Source: Verrucomicrobiota bacterium | GTDB taxonomy: Bacteria > Verrucomicrobiota > Verrucomicrobiia > Limisphaerales > SXTU01 | Assembly: GCA_039796295.1 (NCBI GenBank) | Contig: JBDKJY010000034.1 | Location: 4,325-68,324 of the forward strand | Length of the DNA stretch: 64,000 nt | Direction: 5' to 3' | In this document: in pieces, positions 32,316 to 41,750 of the stretch | Layout of the letters: every line of letters starts with the position of its first letter | Position numbering within the stretch: the stretch's first letter is position 1 | Notes under the pieces: model-generated | What the model was told of the DNA's origin: nothing | The model's input: only the letters and a program-made list of their open reading frames with translations | The model's database searches: none | Translations under genes and position numbers: made by a program

Positions 32316-35234
32316 ATGAAACTGTGCCGCCTCTTTGTCTTTGCCGCCGCGAGTTGGACCGTGGTCGCCGCCGAGCCGCCGCCTACTGCCACGCGTCCGG
32401 TGGATTTCGCGCGCGATGTGCAGCCGCTCTTCGCCCGGCACTGCTACGCCTGCCACGGCCCCGAGAAGCAGAAGGGCCAGCTTCGGCTCGACCGGAAAGC
32501 CGACGCACTCAAGGGCGGTGACTCGCACGCTCCGGACATCATCCCCGGCAAGAGCGCGGAGAGCCCGCTCATCCGTTTCGTCGCCGGACTCGACAAGGAC
32601 TTGGTGATGCCGCCGAAGGGCGAACGGCTCTCCGCCGAGCAAATCAGCCTGTTGCGTGCGTGGATTGACCAAGGGGCGAAGTGGCCGGAGGACGGCTCTG
32701 GCACGTCCGCCAAGCACTGGGCGTGGCAGCCGCCGGTGCGCCCGGTTGTGCCGACGGGAGTGCTCAGTGGTCAGCGGTCAGCGGTCAGCAATCCCATCGA
32801 TGCGTTCCTTACGGCCAAGCTCGCCGAGAAGGGGCTGGCGTTTTCCCCGTCCGCCGATGCGCGCACGCTCATCCGCCGGCTCTACTTCACCGTCATCGGC
32901 CTGCCACCCACGCCCGAGGAAGTGGCGGCGTTCGAGCGCGAGTTCCAAAACGGCAATCGGCAATCGGCAATCGGCAATCTCGTTGACCGGCTACTCGCTT
33001 CTCCGCATTTCGGTGAGCGCTGGGGCCGCCACTGGCTCGACGTAGTGCGCTTCGCCGAGAGCAACGGCTATGAGACCAACGGCACGCGCAAGAACGCCTG
33101 GCCTTATCGCGACTGGGTCATCCGCGCCTTCAACAGCGATATGCCTTACGACCGTTTCATCGCCGAGCAACTCGCCGGCGACGCGTTCGGCGTGGACGAG
33201 GCGACGGGCTTCATCGTCGGCGGCTCGACGGACATCGTGAAGTCGCCCGACCCCGTGCTCACGGCGAACCAGCGGGCCGAGGACTTGAACGACTTTGCCG
33301 CCACGACCGCGAGTGCGTTCCTCGGCCTTACGCTGCACTGCGCGCGCTGCCACAACCACAAGTTCGACCCCATCGCGATGGCGGATTACTACGCCGTAGT
33401 CGCGTGCTTCGCAGGCGTGCAGCACGGCGAGCGCGCGGTTAAGCCGTCGAACTTCGCGGAGTTGACGGCGAAAGCTGATGCCTTGAAAGCGCAGCTCGCG
33501 CTCGTCACGCGGCAGTTGGAGCGCTTCGAGCCAAGCGCGAACACGGGCACGAACGCGTCCGCCAGCCGTCGTCCGCCGGTCACGCGCGGCCTGAACCTCG
33601 AACGCTTCCCCGCTGTCGCTGCGAAGTTCCTGCGTTTCACCATCGCCGAGACGACGCAGCTTGAGCCGTGTGTTGACGAGCTGGAGGTGTTCACCGCCGA
33701 GGCCACACCGCGCAACGTGGCACTTGCGGTGAACGGTGCGAAGGCGACTGCCTCCGGCACCTATCCGAACAACCCGTATCACAAGCTCGAACACATCAAC
33801 GACGGCCAATACGGCAACGAGCGGAGCTGGATTTCCAACGAGCGCGGCAAGGGTTGGGTGCAACTCGAGTTCGCGAAGTCGGAGATTATTGACCGCGTCG
33901 CGTGGAGCCGCGACCGTGACAACGTGCCGCGCTACAACGACCGTCTCGCCACGCGCTACCGTATCGAGGTCTCACGCGACGGGGTGACGTGGCAACAGGT
34001 AGCGAGCTCAGATGACCGGCTGGCGTTCGGCACGAAGGCCCCCGGCGGCGTCACCTACTCTGCGGAGGGGCTCCCACCCGCCGACGTCGCGCAGCTCACA
34101 GAACTGCTCGCCGCACGCAAGAAGGTGGAGGTAGACATCGCGGCGGTGAGCACGTTCCCGATGGTTTACGCCGGCCGTTTCGGGAAGCCGGGTGACACGT
34201 TTCGCATGCATCGTGGCGACCCAATGCAGCCGCGCGACAAGGTTCCGCCCGGCGCTCTTGCGTCGTTCGGAGCGAAGCTTGCGTTGGCCGGGGACGCTCC
34301 CGACCAAGAGCGGCGGCTCGCGCTCGCGAAGTGGCTCGGCTCACCCGAGCACCCGCTCACCGCGCGGGTCATCGTGAACCGGCTGTGGCATTACCACTTC
34401 GGCACCGGCCTCGTGGACACGCCGAGCGACTTTGGCCTGAACGGTGGTCGTCCCTCGCACCCGGAGTTGTTGGACTGGCTCGCGAGCGAACTGGTGTCGA
34501 GCGCGTGGAAGTTGAAGCACGTGCACCGGCTGATTCTGACAAGCGAGGCGTTTCGGCAGGGGGGGGAAGTAATTAGTGACGAAGTAATTGGTAATCAGCC
34601 AGCGCGCGTTCCGCCAACGTCGCGACTAAGCACTCAATCACTAATTGCTAATCACTCTTCCCCGGCGCATGCCGCCTCGCTCGATTCCGCCAATCGCCTC
34701 CTCTGGCACTTCCCCGCGCGCCGCCTCGAAGCCGAGCCGCTCCGCGACGCGATGCTCGCCGTCAGCGGCAAGCTGGACCGCACGATGGGCGGGCCAGGCT
34801 TTGACCTGTTCGAGGCGAACGGCAACTACGTAAAGGTTTACAACTCGCGCGCGGACTTCGGTCCGGCGGAGTTTCGCCGCATGGTCTATCAGTCCAAGCC
34901 GCGCACGGAGCTGGACAATACGTTCGGCGCGTTCGACTGCCCGGACGCAGGGCAGGTCGCTCCGAAGCGCACGAGCAGCACAACGCCGTTGCAGGCGCTG
35001 AACTTGTTGAACAGCCCCTTCGCCGTGCAGCAGGCGCAGTTCTTCTCGGCGCGTGTGGAGCGCGAGGTGGGACAGGGACCGGATGCTCAGGTGAAGCGCG
35101 CCTTCCAGCTCATCTTCACGCGAGAGCCGGCACTGGAGGAATTCGCTGCGAGTGTGAAGCTGGTCCGAGCGCACGGCCTGCCCGCCTTGTGCCGCGCGCT
35201 GTTCAACGCGAACGAGTTTCTGACTGTCTTCTAA
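32316..35234 (+). CDS. PSCyt1 + DUF1549 + discoidin-like + DUF1553 (PSD1) protein
   Basis: CYACHG haem motif, NPIDAFL..LIRRLYFTVIGLPPTPEEV (DUF1549), LWHYHFGTGLV..GGRPSHPELLDWLA (DUF1553). Confidence 0.9.
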   Translation: MKLCRLFVFAAASWTVVAAEPPPTATRPVDFARDVQPLFARHCYACHGPEKQKGQLRLDRKADALKGGDSHAPDIIPGKSAESPLIRFVAGLDKDLVMPPKGERLSAEQISLLRAWIDQGAKWPEDGSGTSAKHWAWQPPVRPVVPTGVLSGQRSAVSNPIDAFLTAKLAEKGLAFSPSADARTLIRRLYFTVIGLPPTPEEVAAFEREFQNGNRQSAIGNLVDRLLASPHFGERWGRHWLDVVRFAESNGYETNGTRKNAWPYRDWVIRAFNSDMPYDRFIAEQLAGDAFGVDEATGFIVGGSTDIVKSPDPVLTANQRAEDLNDFAATTASAFLGLTLHCARCHNHKFDPIAMADYYAVVACFAGVQHGERAVKPSNFAELTAKADALKAQLALVTRQLERFEPSANTGTNASASRRPPVTRGLNLERFPAVAAKFLRFTIAETTQLEPCVDELEVFTAEATPRNVALAVNGAKATASGTYPNNPYHKLEHINDGQYGNERSWISNERGKGWVQLEFAKSEIIDRVAWSRDRDNVPRYNDRLATRYRIEVSRDGVTWQQVASSDDRLAFGTKAPGGVTYSAEGLPPADVAQLTELLAARKKVEVDIAAVSTFPMVYAGRFGKPGDTFRMHRGDPMQPRDKVPPGALASFGAKLALAGDAPDQERRLALAKWLGSPEHPLTARVIVNRLWHYHFGTGLVDTPSDFGLNGGRPSHPELLDWLASELVSSAWKLKHVHRLILTSEAFRQGGEVISDEVIGNQPARVPPTSRLSTQSLIANHSSPAHAASLDSANRLLWHFPARRLEAEPLRDAMLAVSGKLDRTMGGPGFDLFEANGNYVKVYNSRADFGPAEFRRMVYQSKPRTELDNTFGAFDCPDAGQVAPKRTSSTTPLQALNLLNSPFAVQQAQFFSARVEREVGQGPDAQVKRAFQLIFTREPALEEFAASVKLVRAHGLPALCRALFNANEFLTVF
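32765..32792. repeat. In-frame heptamer array (CAGYGGT) x4 within the PSD1 CDS
   Basis: cagtggt cagcggt cagcggt cagcaat, encoding SGQRSAVSN. Confidence 0.9.
32951..32978. repeat. In-frame heptamer array CGGCAAT x4 within the PSD1 CDS
   Basis: Encodes NGNRQSAIGN. Same unit as the intergenic array at 28320. Confidence 0.95.
34566..34657. repeat. AT-rich inverted heptamer arrays (AGTRATT family) plus spacer, in frame within the DUF1553 region
   Basis: gaagtaattagtgacgaagtaattggtaatcag .. spacer .. aatcact aattgct aatcact. Encodes GEVISDEVIGNQ..STQSLIANHS. Confidence 0.8.
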
Positions 35235-35254
35235 ACCCGCCGATGAGCCGCGCC

Positions 35255-35641
35255 TTAATCAGGAAATTGCTCCAGCACGCGCAGGCCGGGGATAGCCGAA
35301 AAGTGTTTGTCGCGCGTGAGCACCGCGCCGCCAGCCTTCATCGCGCAGACGGCGATGATGGCGTCGGTGAGCGGAATCTTGAGGCCGCGCCGGTCGGTCT
35401 GCCAGAGCAGGTCCTCGGCGGCTTCCCAGATGTGGTTCGGCGTGGGGATGTAGAGCAGGCAGTCGAAGTAACCGGCGAGCGCTGCACGGGATTTCGGCGT
35501 GCGCATCCCACGCAGGACTTCACATCGAATCACGCCGCAGGTGGCGAGGTCGTGGTTCTGCGCGTAAGGGGCAAACACCTGCGCCGGGTCGCGCCCCGCG
35601 CGCAGGTGTTCGATGTAGATGCAGGAATCAACGAGTATCAC
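35255..35641 (-). CDS. vapC: PIN-domain toxin VapC
   Basis: MILVDSCIYIEHLR.., ..AVLTRDKHF. 128 aa. Confidence 0.85.
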   Translation of the reverse strand: MILVDSCIYIEHLRAGRDPAQVFAPYAQNHDLATCGVIRCEVLRGMRTPKSRAALAGYFDCLLYIPTPNHIWEAAEDLLWQTDRRGLKIPLTDAIIAVCAMKAGGAVLTRDKHFSAIPGLRVLEQFPD

Positions 35642-35653
35642 AGGCGCGAAGGG

Positions 35654-35956
35654 CTACTTCTTCTTACGCTTCGGCTTAAGGTAACTGACCGGACCCCTCG
35701 GCGGCATGGGCGGCGGCGCTGCATCCGGCGTCTCCGCCAGACGCAGCGCCATGAGGTCGTAGCCCGGGTCCACGGCTTCGAGGAGTTCGGCTCTACTCAA
35801 GCCGAGACCTTTCTTCCCGATTTCGGCGAGCCTGGCCTTCCTGTCCATCTCCTTGAGCGCGAGGTCCACGGCTTCGGTCTTACTCGCGGCCCCGCTCCAT
35901 CTCATCACTCTTTCGAGGATGCCTTCGTCAATGTGCATCGTCATCTTCATGGCCAT
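35654..35956 (-). CDS. vapB: VapB-type antitoxin (DUF2191-like)
   Basis: ..MTMHIDEGILERVMRWSGAASKTEAVDLALKEM.. Confidence 0.8.
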   Translation of the reverse strand: MAMKMTMHIDEGILERVMRWSGAASKTEAVDLALKEMDRKARLAEIGKKGLGLSRAELLEAVDPGYDLMALRLAETPDAAPPPMPPRGPVSYLKPKRKKK

Positions 35957-36027
35957 AGTATGGCATCAATGCCATACTCATTGCAAGCCCTGTTTACAGG
36001 CTTTTATTTGGCACCGGCGTTTTCCTC

Positions 36028-37509
36028 ATGAGCATGAATCAATCAGCTTCAATACGACGCAGCGGCTTGGCCCGGCGGGACTTTCTCAGCTTCGGAGGAA
36101 TGGGCTTGGGCGGCGTCGCGCTCGCCACGTTGCTGGGGGAAGGCGGCCTGCTCGGTGCGGACAAGTCGCCCATCCGTCCGGCGATTGACCCGTCGCGGCC
36201 CTATGCGCCGCGCGCTCCGCACTTCACGCCGAAGGCCAAGCGCGTGCTGATGGTCTTCTGCACGGGCGCGTTGAGCCATGTGGACACGTTCGACTTTAAG
36301 CCCGAGTTGGTGAAGCGGCACGACACGCCGATGCCGGGACAGGACAAGCTCGTCACGTTCCAAGGCGAGAACGGCAACCTCGTCAAGCCGCTGTGGGAGT
36401 TCCGCGCGCGCGGCCAGACGGGCAAGATGACGAGTGACCTGTTGCCGCACCTCGGTGCGATGTCCGACGACCTCTGCTTCATCCACTCGATGACCGGCAA
36501 GTCGAACACCCACGGCCCCGCCGAGAGCCAGATGAGCACCGGGTTCATTCTCGATGGCTTCCCGAGTATGGGCGCGTGGGCGAGCTACGCGCTGGGCAGC
36601 GAGAGTCAGAATCTCCCGGCCTACGTCGCCATTCCCGACCCGCGCGGCGTGCCGCAAATCAGCACGCGGCAATGGGCCCCAGGCTTCCTGCCCGCCGCCT
36701 ATCAGGGCACTCCGTTCAACGCGGACAAGCCCATTGCAAACCTTCAGCGCCCCGCCTCCATCAGTGAGCACGCCGACGTGGCCACGCGCGACTTCGTGAA
36801 GTTCCTGAACGAGCGGCATCTCGCCCAACACCCCGGCGACACGGAGCTTTCCGCGCGCATTGCCAGCTACGAACTCGCGGCGCGGATGCAACTCGGGGCC
36901 GCTGAAGTCAGTGATACGCGCGGCGAGAGCGCGGCCACGCTCGACCTTTACGGCGTCAACGACGCGAACAAAACCAAAGCGGGCTTCGCGAAGAACTGCC
37001 TGCTCGCACGACGCCTCCTAGAGCGAGGAGTCCGTTTTGTGCAGCTCTTCAACGGGGCTTACGCGATGGGCGAGGGCGTCGGCAACTGGGACGGGCACAA
37101 GACCATCGCAAACCAGTATCCCGGCCACGCAAACATCCTCGACCAGCCGTGCGCCGCACTTTTGCGCGACCTAAAATCACGCGGACTCCTCGCCGACACG
37201 CTCGTCGCTTTCGTCACCGAGTTTGGCCGGATGCCGACGTTCCAGAAGGGCGCGAGCGGGCGCGACCACAACCCGAGCGGCTTCACCATCTGGCTCGCGG
37301 GCGCAGGCGTGAAGCCGGGCTTCAGCTACGGCGCAACGGACGAATTCGGTCACCGGGCGGTGGAGAACGTGACGACCATTTACGACCTGCACGCGACATT
37401 GCTGCACCTGCTCGGCCTCGACCACGAGCGCCTGAGCTTCTACCACAACGGCATCGAACGCCGCCTCACGGACGTTCACGGTCAGGTGATCAAGGACGTG
37501 CTCGCGTAA
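36028..37509 (+). CDS. DUF1501 (sulfatase-fold) protein with Tat-type leader
   Basis: [18 protein letters not shown]. Usual partner of DUF1549/1553 proteins. Confidence 0.9.
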   Translation: MSMNQSASIRRSGLARRDFLSFGGMGLGGVALATLLGEGGLLGADKSPIRPAIDPSRPYAPRAPHFTPKAKRVLMVFCTGALSHVDTFDFKPELVKRHDTPMPGQDKLVTFQGENGNLVKPLWEFRARGQTGKMTSDLLPHLGAMSDDLCFIHSMTGKSNTHGPAESQMSTGFILDGFPSMGAWASYALGSESQNLPAYVAIPDPRGVPQISTRQWAPGFLPAAYQGTPFNADKPIANLQRPASISEHADVATRDFVKFLNERHLAQHPGDTELSARIASYELAARMQLGAAEVSDTRGESAATLDLYGVNDANKTKAGFAKNCLLARRLLERGVRFVQLFNGAYAMGEGVGNWDGHKTIANQYPGHANILDQPCAALLRDLKSRGLLADTLVAFVTEFGRMPTFQKGASGRDHNPSGFTIWLAGAGVKPGFSYGATDEFGHRAVENVTTIYDLHATLLHLLGLDHERLSFYHNGIERRLTDVHGQVIKDVLA

Positions 37510-37563
37510 GCGGTGGTGGGCTAGCACGGTTGACACGGGACGCCGCTCGCCGACACTCCGCCT

Positions 37564-37995
37564 ATGAACGACGCAATCATTTACCCGCGCAGCGCCCGCG
37601 AGACCATGGCTGGCTGGGCCTACCTGCCGCGCTTCTTGGATAAAATCCGCCTCCACCTCGCCGGAAAACTCCACGCCGACTACCAAGAGAACTTTGCCCA
37701 CAAGGGCTTCGACGCGAAGTGGCTGCTCGCCGCCGGCCTGAGCGCCGAGCAGTTCATTGCCGTGGTGAAGGCGACCTTGACCGATGGCCAGGTCTGCGAC
37801 TGGGTGGCGAAAAACGTGAGGAAGTCCGCCGAGGAAAAGGCTGCGTTCAATCAGTCCGTGCTCGACTACGGGCGCGGTGATGACCCAGCGCTGAAGACCC
37901 GCCTCCAGATGCGCAAGGAGCAATCCGGCCTCGGCCACCGCGATGACCTCCAGTGCTTCGTGGACTACATTGATGCGGACGAGAAGCGGAGTTGA
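37564..37995 (+). CDS. DUF5069-like protein
   Basis: ..YPRSARETMAGWAYLPRFLDKIRLHLAG.. Confidence 0.65.
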   Translation: MNDAIIYPRSARETMAGWAYLPRFLDKIRLHLAGKLHADYQENFAHKGFDAKWLLAAGLSAEQFIAVVKATLTDGQVCDWVAKNVRKSAEEKAAFNQSVLDYGRGDDPALKTRLQMRKEQSGLGHRDDLQCFVDYIDADEKRS

Positions 37996-38067
37996 AAGCA
38001 GGCGCGCCGGAATTGCCCTTGCCACTCGGGCGAGCGGCTGCTGTCATCCTAACCACCACGCAATCTC

Positions 38068-38556
38068 ATGAAATGCATATACGTCTTTCTTACTGCAATC
38101 CTGCTAATGGGTTGCGTCGCGACCCCGAAGCTTCAAACGCGCAAAGAACAATTCCTAGAGTCCGAGTTTGCACCCTACGCTGGCAATGGCACTAGCAAGA
38201 TCATCGGACAGGCGTTCCTTAAAACCAAAGGAGGCGATGTCAAGTTCGGTGCCGGCGTCGAAGTTGTGCTAGTTCCAGTCACCGCCTACACCACCGAGCA
38301 ATATGTAGTTGGAATTCTGGGTGGTCGTCTTCTCGAGAAGCAGCATCCGGCCTACTTCAAATATCGGCGCACTAGGGTCGGTGATGGCAGTGGAAACTTC
38401 GAATTCGAGAACATGCCAGCGGGTGAGTATTATCTGAGTTGCATCATCACCTGGCTGGTCGCGGGCCCCTACGGGTTGGAAAGCAGCGGAGGAGTTGCCC
38501 ATGCCAAGGTCAAAGTCGGATCGGGCGAATCTGTCAAAGTGATCGTTACGCGGTGA
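38068..38556 (+). CDS. Lipoprotein with carboxypeptidase-regulatory-like beta-sandwich; visibly lower GC than its neighbours
   Basis: MKCIYVFLTAILLMGCVATP lipobox. ..GSGNFEFENMPAGEYYL.. Confidence 0.65.
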   Translation: MKCIYVFLTAILLMGCVATPKLQTRKEQFLESEFAPYAGNGTSKIIGQAFLKTKGGDVKFGAGVEVVLVPVTAYTTEQYVVGILGGRLLEKQHPAYFKYRRTRVGDGSGNFEFENMPAGEYYLSCIITWLVAGPYGLESSGGVAHAKVKVGSGESVKVIVTR

Positions 38557-38600
38557 TTCTTGCTGGCACTTCATCTCCGCGCTGCTTAACTCTGCCGCGC

Positions 38601-38981
38601 ATGACAAAAACCATTATCAAACCTGCCAAGGGCGCGCCCGCCGTTGGTCCCTACAACCATGCCGTCCGCGTCGGTGACCTGCTCTTTTGCGCCGGTCAGA
38701 TTCCGCTCGACCCGGCCACCGGGCAGCTCGTCCCCGGCGACATCAAGGACCAAACCCGGCGCGTGCTGGAGAACGTGAAGTGCATCCTCGACGACCAGGG
38801 GCTGACCTTCGCCAACGTCGCCAAGAGCACGGTCTTCCTCACGAACCTCGCTGACTTCGCGGGCATGAACGAAATCTACAGCCAGTATTTCACCAGCGAT
38901 TTCCCAGCGCGCTCCACCATCCAGGTCGCCGCCTTGCCGCGCGCTGCCAGCGTGGAGATTGAGGTCATCGCGCACTTCTGA
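38601..38981 (+). CDS. RidA/YjgF-family deaminase
   Basis: MTKTIIKPAKGAPAVGPYNHAVRVGDLLFCAGQIPLDP.. This is the internal ATG of the track ORF. Confidence 0.9.
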   Translation: MTKTIIKPAKGAPAVGPYNHAVRVGDLLFCAGQIPLDPATGQLVPGDIKDQTRRVLENVKCILDDQGLTFANVAKSTVFLTNLADFAGMNEIYSQYFTSDFPARSTIQVAALPRAASVEIEVIAHF

Positions 38982-39138
38982 GCGAGGGGCGGAAGGGGTT
39001 TTTATAAGGAAGGCAGGAGGGCAGGAGTTGGGAACTGACGCCTTCTTCCTTTTCCCGCCTTCCTGCTCTCCGTATAAACTTCCCCCGTGAAGCCTAAGAA
39101 ATCCTGGCGCGAGAAGTTCGCCTGAGCCACTCCAGCCC

Positions 39139-40746
39139 ATGAATCCGTGGCTTTCACTCCTTTCGGGCCTGGCGCTGGGCGGCCTCCTGGGCTGGCTCTT
39201 CCGCGCGTTGCGGCAGCCGGTGCGGGTGGACAGTCGCGTGGAGGAAGAACTGCGCAAGCAGGCCGAAGCTCTCAAGGCCGACCTCGCCCAGCGCACCGCT
39301 GACGCCTCCAAGGCCGAGGCCGCGCGGGCCGGGGCGGACGCCAGTCGTGTCGCGGCCGAGCAACAGCTCGCCACCGCCCTTGCTGCGGCTGCCAAGGCAC
39401 AGGCTGAGGCTGCGGCCCTGCGCGATTCGCTTGCGGGTCTGCACGCGACGCACGCCCGCACCGAGGCGCAGGCCGTTGCTGCCGGACGACAGGTGGCGGA
39501 GTTGCAAGCGCAGTTGCAGACGCAGGACGCAGAGCTTGCCGAGGCCACCGCCCGCTTGACGACGACGGGCCAGCAGCTCGCCGGCAGCTCGGCGCAACTC
39601 ATCGCCACGAATCACCAACTCGCGGAGCAGCGCGAGTTCCACGGGCGGCAGTTGCAGGAAGCCCGCACCGCGCAGGACAAGTCGCTCGCCGACTTGCGCG
39701 AGGCTTTCAAGGCTCTCAGCGCCGACGCGCTCAAGCAGACGCAGCCGGAGTTTCTCCGCCTCGCCAACGAGACGCTGGGCAAGTTTGCCGAGTCGGCGAA
39801 AGGTGATTTGTCCCAACGGCAGCAGGCCATCGCCACGCTGGTGAAGCCGCTCGAAGAACAGTTGAAGACGTATCAGGAGCGGCTGGCGCAAAGCGAGACC
39901 ACGCAGTCCAGGACCCTCGGCGAGGTGCGGCAACACCTGGAGTCGCTCGCGCAGCAGAGTCAGGTGTTGTCCACCGAGACGCTGCAACTACGGCGCGTTC
40001 TCAGCTCGAACCAAGCGCGCGGCAAGTGGGGCGAGGAGACGCTGCGGCGGGTGGTCGAGGCCGCTGGCATGAGCGCGCACTGCGACTTCACCGAGCAGGC
40101 GCAGGCCGATGACAAGAAGCCCGACATGGTCGTGCGGTTGCCCGGCGAGCGCGTCATCATCGTGGACGCGAAGGTGCCGGACCTCGACTTCCTCAGCGCG
40201 CTGGGCACGGCGGATGAGACGAAGCGCGCCGAGTCGCTTGCCGCGCACGCGGAGAAGCTGCGCGGCACCATACGCGCGCTGGCCGAGCGTGATTACCCGG
40301 CACAATTCGCCAACGCGCTCGACTACGTCGTCCTCTTCCTGCCCGCCGAGTCGCTCTTCAGCGCGGCGCTGGAGGGCGATCGCGACCTGATTGTCTGGGC
40401 GGCGCAGCGGCGCATCATGCTGGCCACGCCCGCGTCGCTCATCGCGCTGTTACGCTCCGTGAGCGTGAGTTGGCAGCAGCACGAGCAGACTGTCAACGCG
40501 CAGCAGATTGCCGAGGCGGCGGGCGAGCTGTTCAGCCGTGTGGCGACGTTTGCGAAGCACTTTGAGAACATCGGGGCGGGATTGGAACGCGCGGGCAAGG
40601 CCTATAACGACGCGGTGGGCAGCTACGAATCCCGCGTGCGTCCCCAGGGGGAAGCGCTGCTCAAGCTCGGGGCCGCGAGCAGCGGGAAGCAATTGATCGA
40701 GTTAGGCGCGGTGACCGGGGCGCTGCGTCCGCCGCCGGTTGCGTGA
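39139..40746 (+). CDS. rmuC: DNA recombination protein RmuC
   Basis: N-terminal TM, long coiled coil, then the RmuC nuclease-like domain ..VVRLPGERVIIVDAKVP.. Confidence 0.9.
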   Translation: MNPWLSLLSGLALGGLLGWLFRALRQPVRVDSRVEEELRKQAEALKADLAQRTADASKAEAARAGADASRVAAEQQLATALAAAAKAQAEAAALRDSLAGLHATHARTEAQAVAAGRQVAELQAQLQTQDAELAEATARLTTTGQQLAGSSAQLIATNHQLAEQREFHGRQLQEARTAQDKSLADLREAFKALSADALKQTQPEFLRLANETLGKFAESAKGDLSQRQQAIATLVKPLEEQLKTYQERLAQSETTQSRTLGEVRQHLESLAQQSQVLSTETLQLRRVLSSNQARGKWGEETLRRVVEAAGMSAHCDFTEQAQADDKKPDMVVRLPGERVIIVDAKVPDLDFLSALGTADETKRAESLAAHAEKLRGTIRALAERDYPAQFANALDYVVLFLPAESLFSAALEGDRDLIVWAAQRRIMLATPASLIALLRSVSVSWQQHEQTVNAQQIAEAAGELFSRVATFAKHFENIGAGLERAGKAYNDAVGSYESRVRPQGEALLKLGAASSGKQLIELGAVTGALRPPPVA

Positions 40747-40823
40747 CTGCCGGGAGGGCCTTGCTGGAAAACTCTTGCTCCGCCTCCGCCCCGCTCGGAA
40801 ACTCGCGCCCAACAAATTACCGT

Positions 40824-41642
40824 ATGGCCGACACCGAACGCTCTCTGGAATCCATCCGCAAGCAATACGAGGTCGAGAAGGACCTGCATCGGCGGCTGAT
40901 GAATTCCACCCGCGCGCAGCGCACCACGCTCTTCGCCGAGCTTTACAACGAACTCTTCCAGCGCGTCCCCGATCACCCGCGCCTCACCCGCCGCGACACG
41001 GAGGAATACAGCCGTCGCGCTGTGGCCGCGCGCATGAACATCCTCCGGCCGCACCTCGCGGGCGTGAAGACCTTTATGGAGATTGCGCCGGGCGATTGCC
41101 GGCTGGCCTACGAGATGTGTCAGCACGTCGAGAAGGTCATCGCGCTCGACATTTCCGACCAGAGCGGTGGCCAGCAGAATGCGCCGAAGAACTTTCACTT
41201 CGAGACCTACGATGGCTACACGCTGAACCTCCCGCCTAACTCGGTGGACATGGCCTTCAGTTACCAGTTTCTCGAGCACGTTCATCCCGACGACCATGAA
41301 GACCACTTCCGCACCGTGCTGCGTGTGTTGCGGCCCGGGGGCGTTTATATCTTCGACACGCCGCACAAGTATTCCGGCCCGCACGATGCCTCCTGCTACT
41401 TCGCCGTCGAGGCCGAGGGGATGCACCTGCGCGAGTGGACCTACCGCGAGATGGATGAGCTGGTGCGGCGGATGGGATTCACCGCGACCTACACCTACCG
41501 CTTCGGCAAGTGCCGGCAGAGCGGGCTGTGGAACGCGCTGACCTTCGCCGCCGAGGCCGTGGTCGGGGCCCTGCCGGTGAAGCTGCGCAAGGCCATCAGC
41601 CGCCGCCTCTTCCTCGGCGTGACCATGCTGGTGCGCAAGTGA
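40824..41642 (+). CDS. Class I SAM-dependent methyltransferase
   Basis: ..FMEIAPGDCRLA.., ..VLRPGGVYIFDTP.. Start chosen at MADTERSL. Confidence 0.7.
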   Translation: MADTERSLESIRKQYEVEKDLHRRLMNSTRAQRTTLFAELYNELFQRVPDHPRLTRRDTEEYSRRAVAARMNILRPHLAGVKTFMEIAPGDCRLAYEMCQHVEKVIALDISDQSGGQQNAPKNFHFETYDGYTLNLPPNSVDMAFSYQFLEHVHPDDHEDHFRTVLRVLRPGGVYIFDTPHKYSGPHDASCYFAVEAEGMHLREWTYREMDELVRRMGFTATYTYRFGKCRQSGLWNALTFAAEAVVGALPVKLRKAISRRLFLGVTMLVRK

Positions 41643-41655
41643 GCGCCGCGTAGGT

Positions 41656-41734
41656 GACGACGTGAGGAGTCTCACTTCAACTCGGAACGCGGAACTCAGA
41701 ACGCAGAACCCAGTTAGGGCTTCCTCACGTCGTC
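41656..41734. repeat. 13-bp-stem hairpin whose loop carries a GAACNCN heptamer array x4
   Basis: gacgacgtgagga .. gaacgcg gaactca gaacgca gaaccca .. tcctcacgtcgtc. Confidence 0.8.
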
Positions 41735-41750
41735 TCCGACGGACGCTCCC

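Noticed and set aside
38990-39075. Imperfect palindrome (ataaggaaggcaggagggc / gcccgccttcctgctctccgtat) after the RidA gene as a defined terminator
   Set aside because: The arms are too imperfect and there is no T-tract. It is probably another REP-like element, but the evidence is weak, so it is not listed as a feature.
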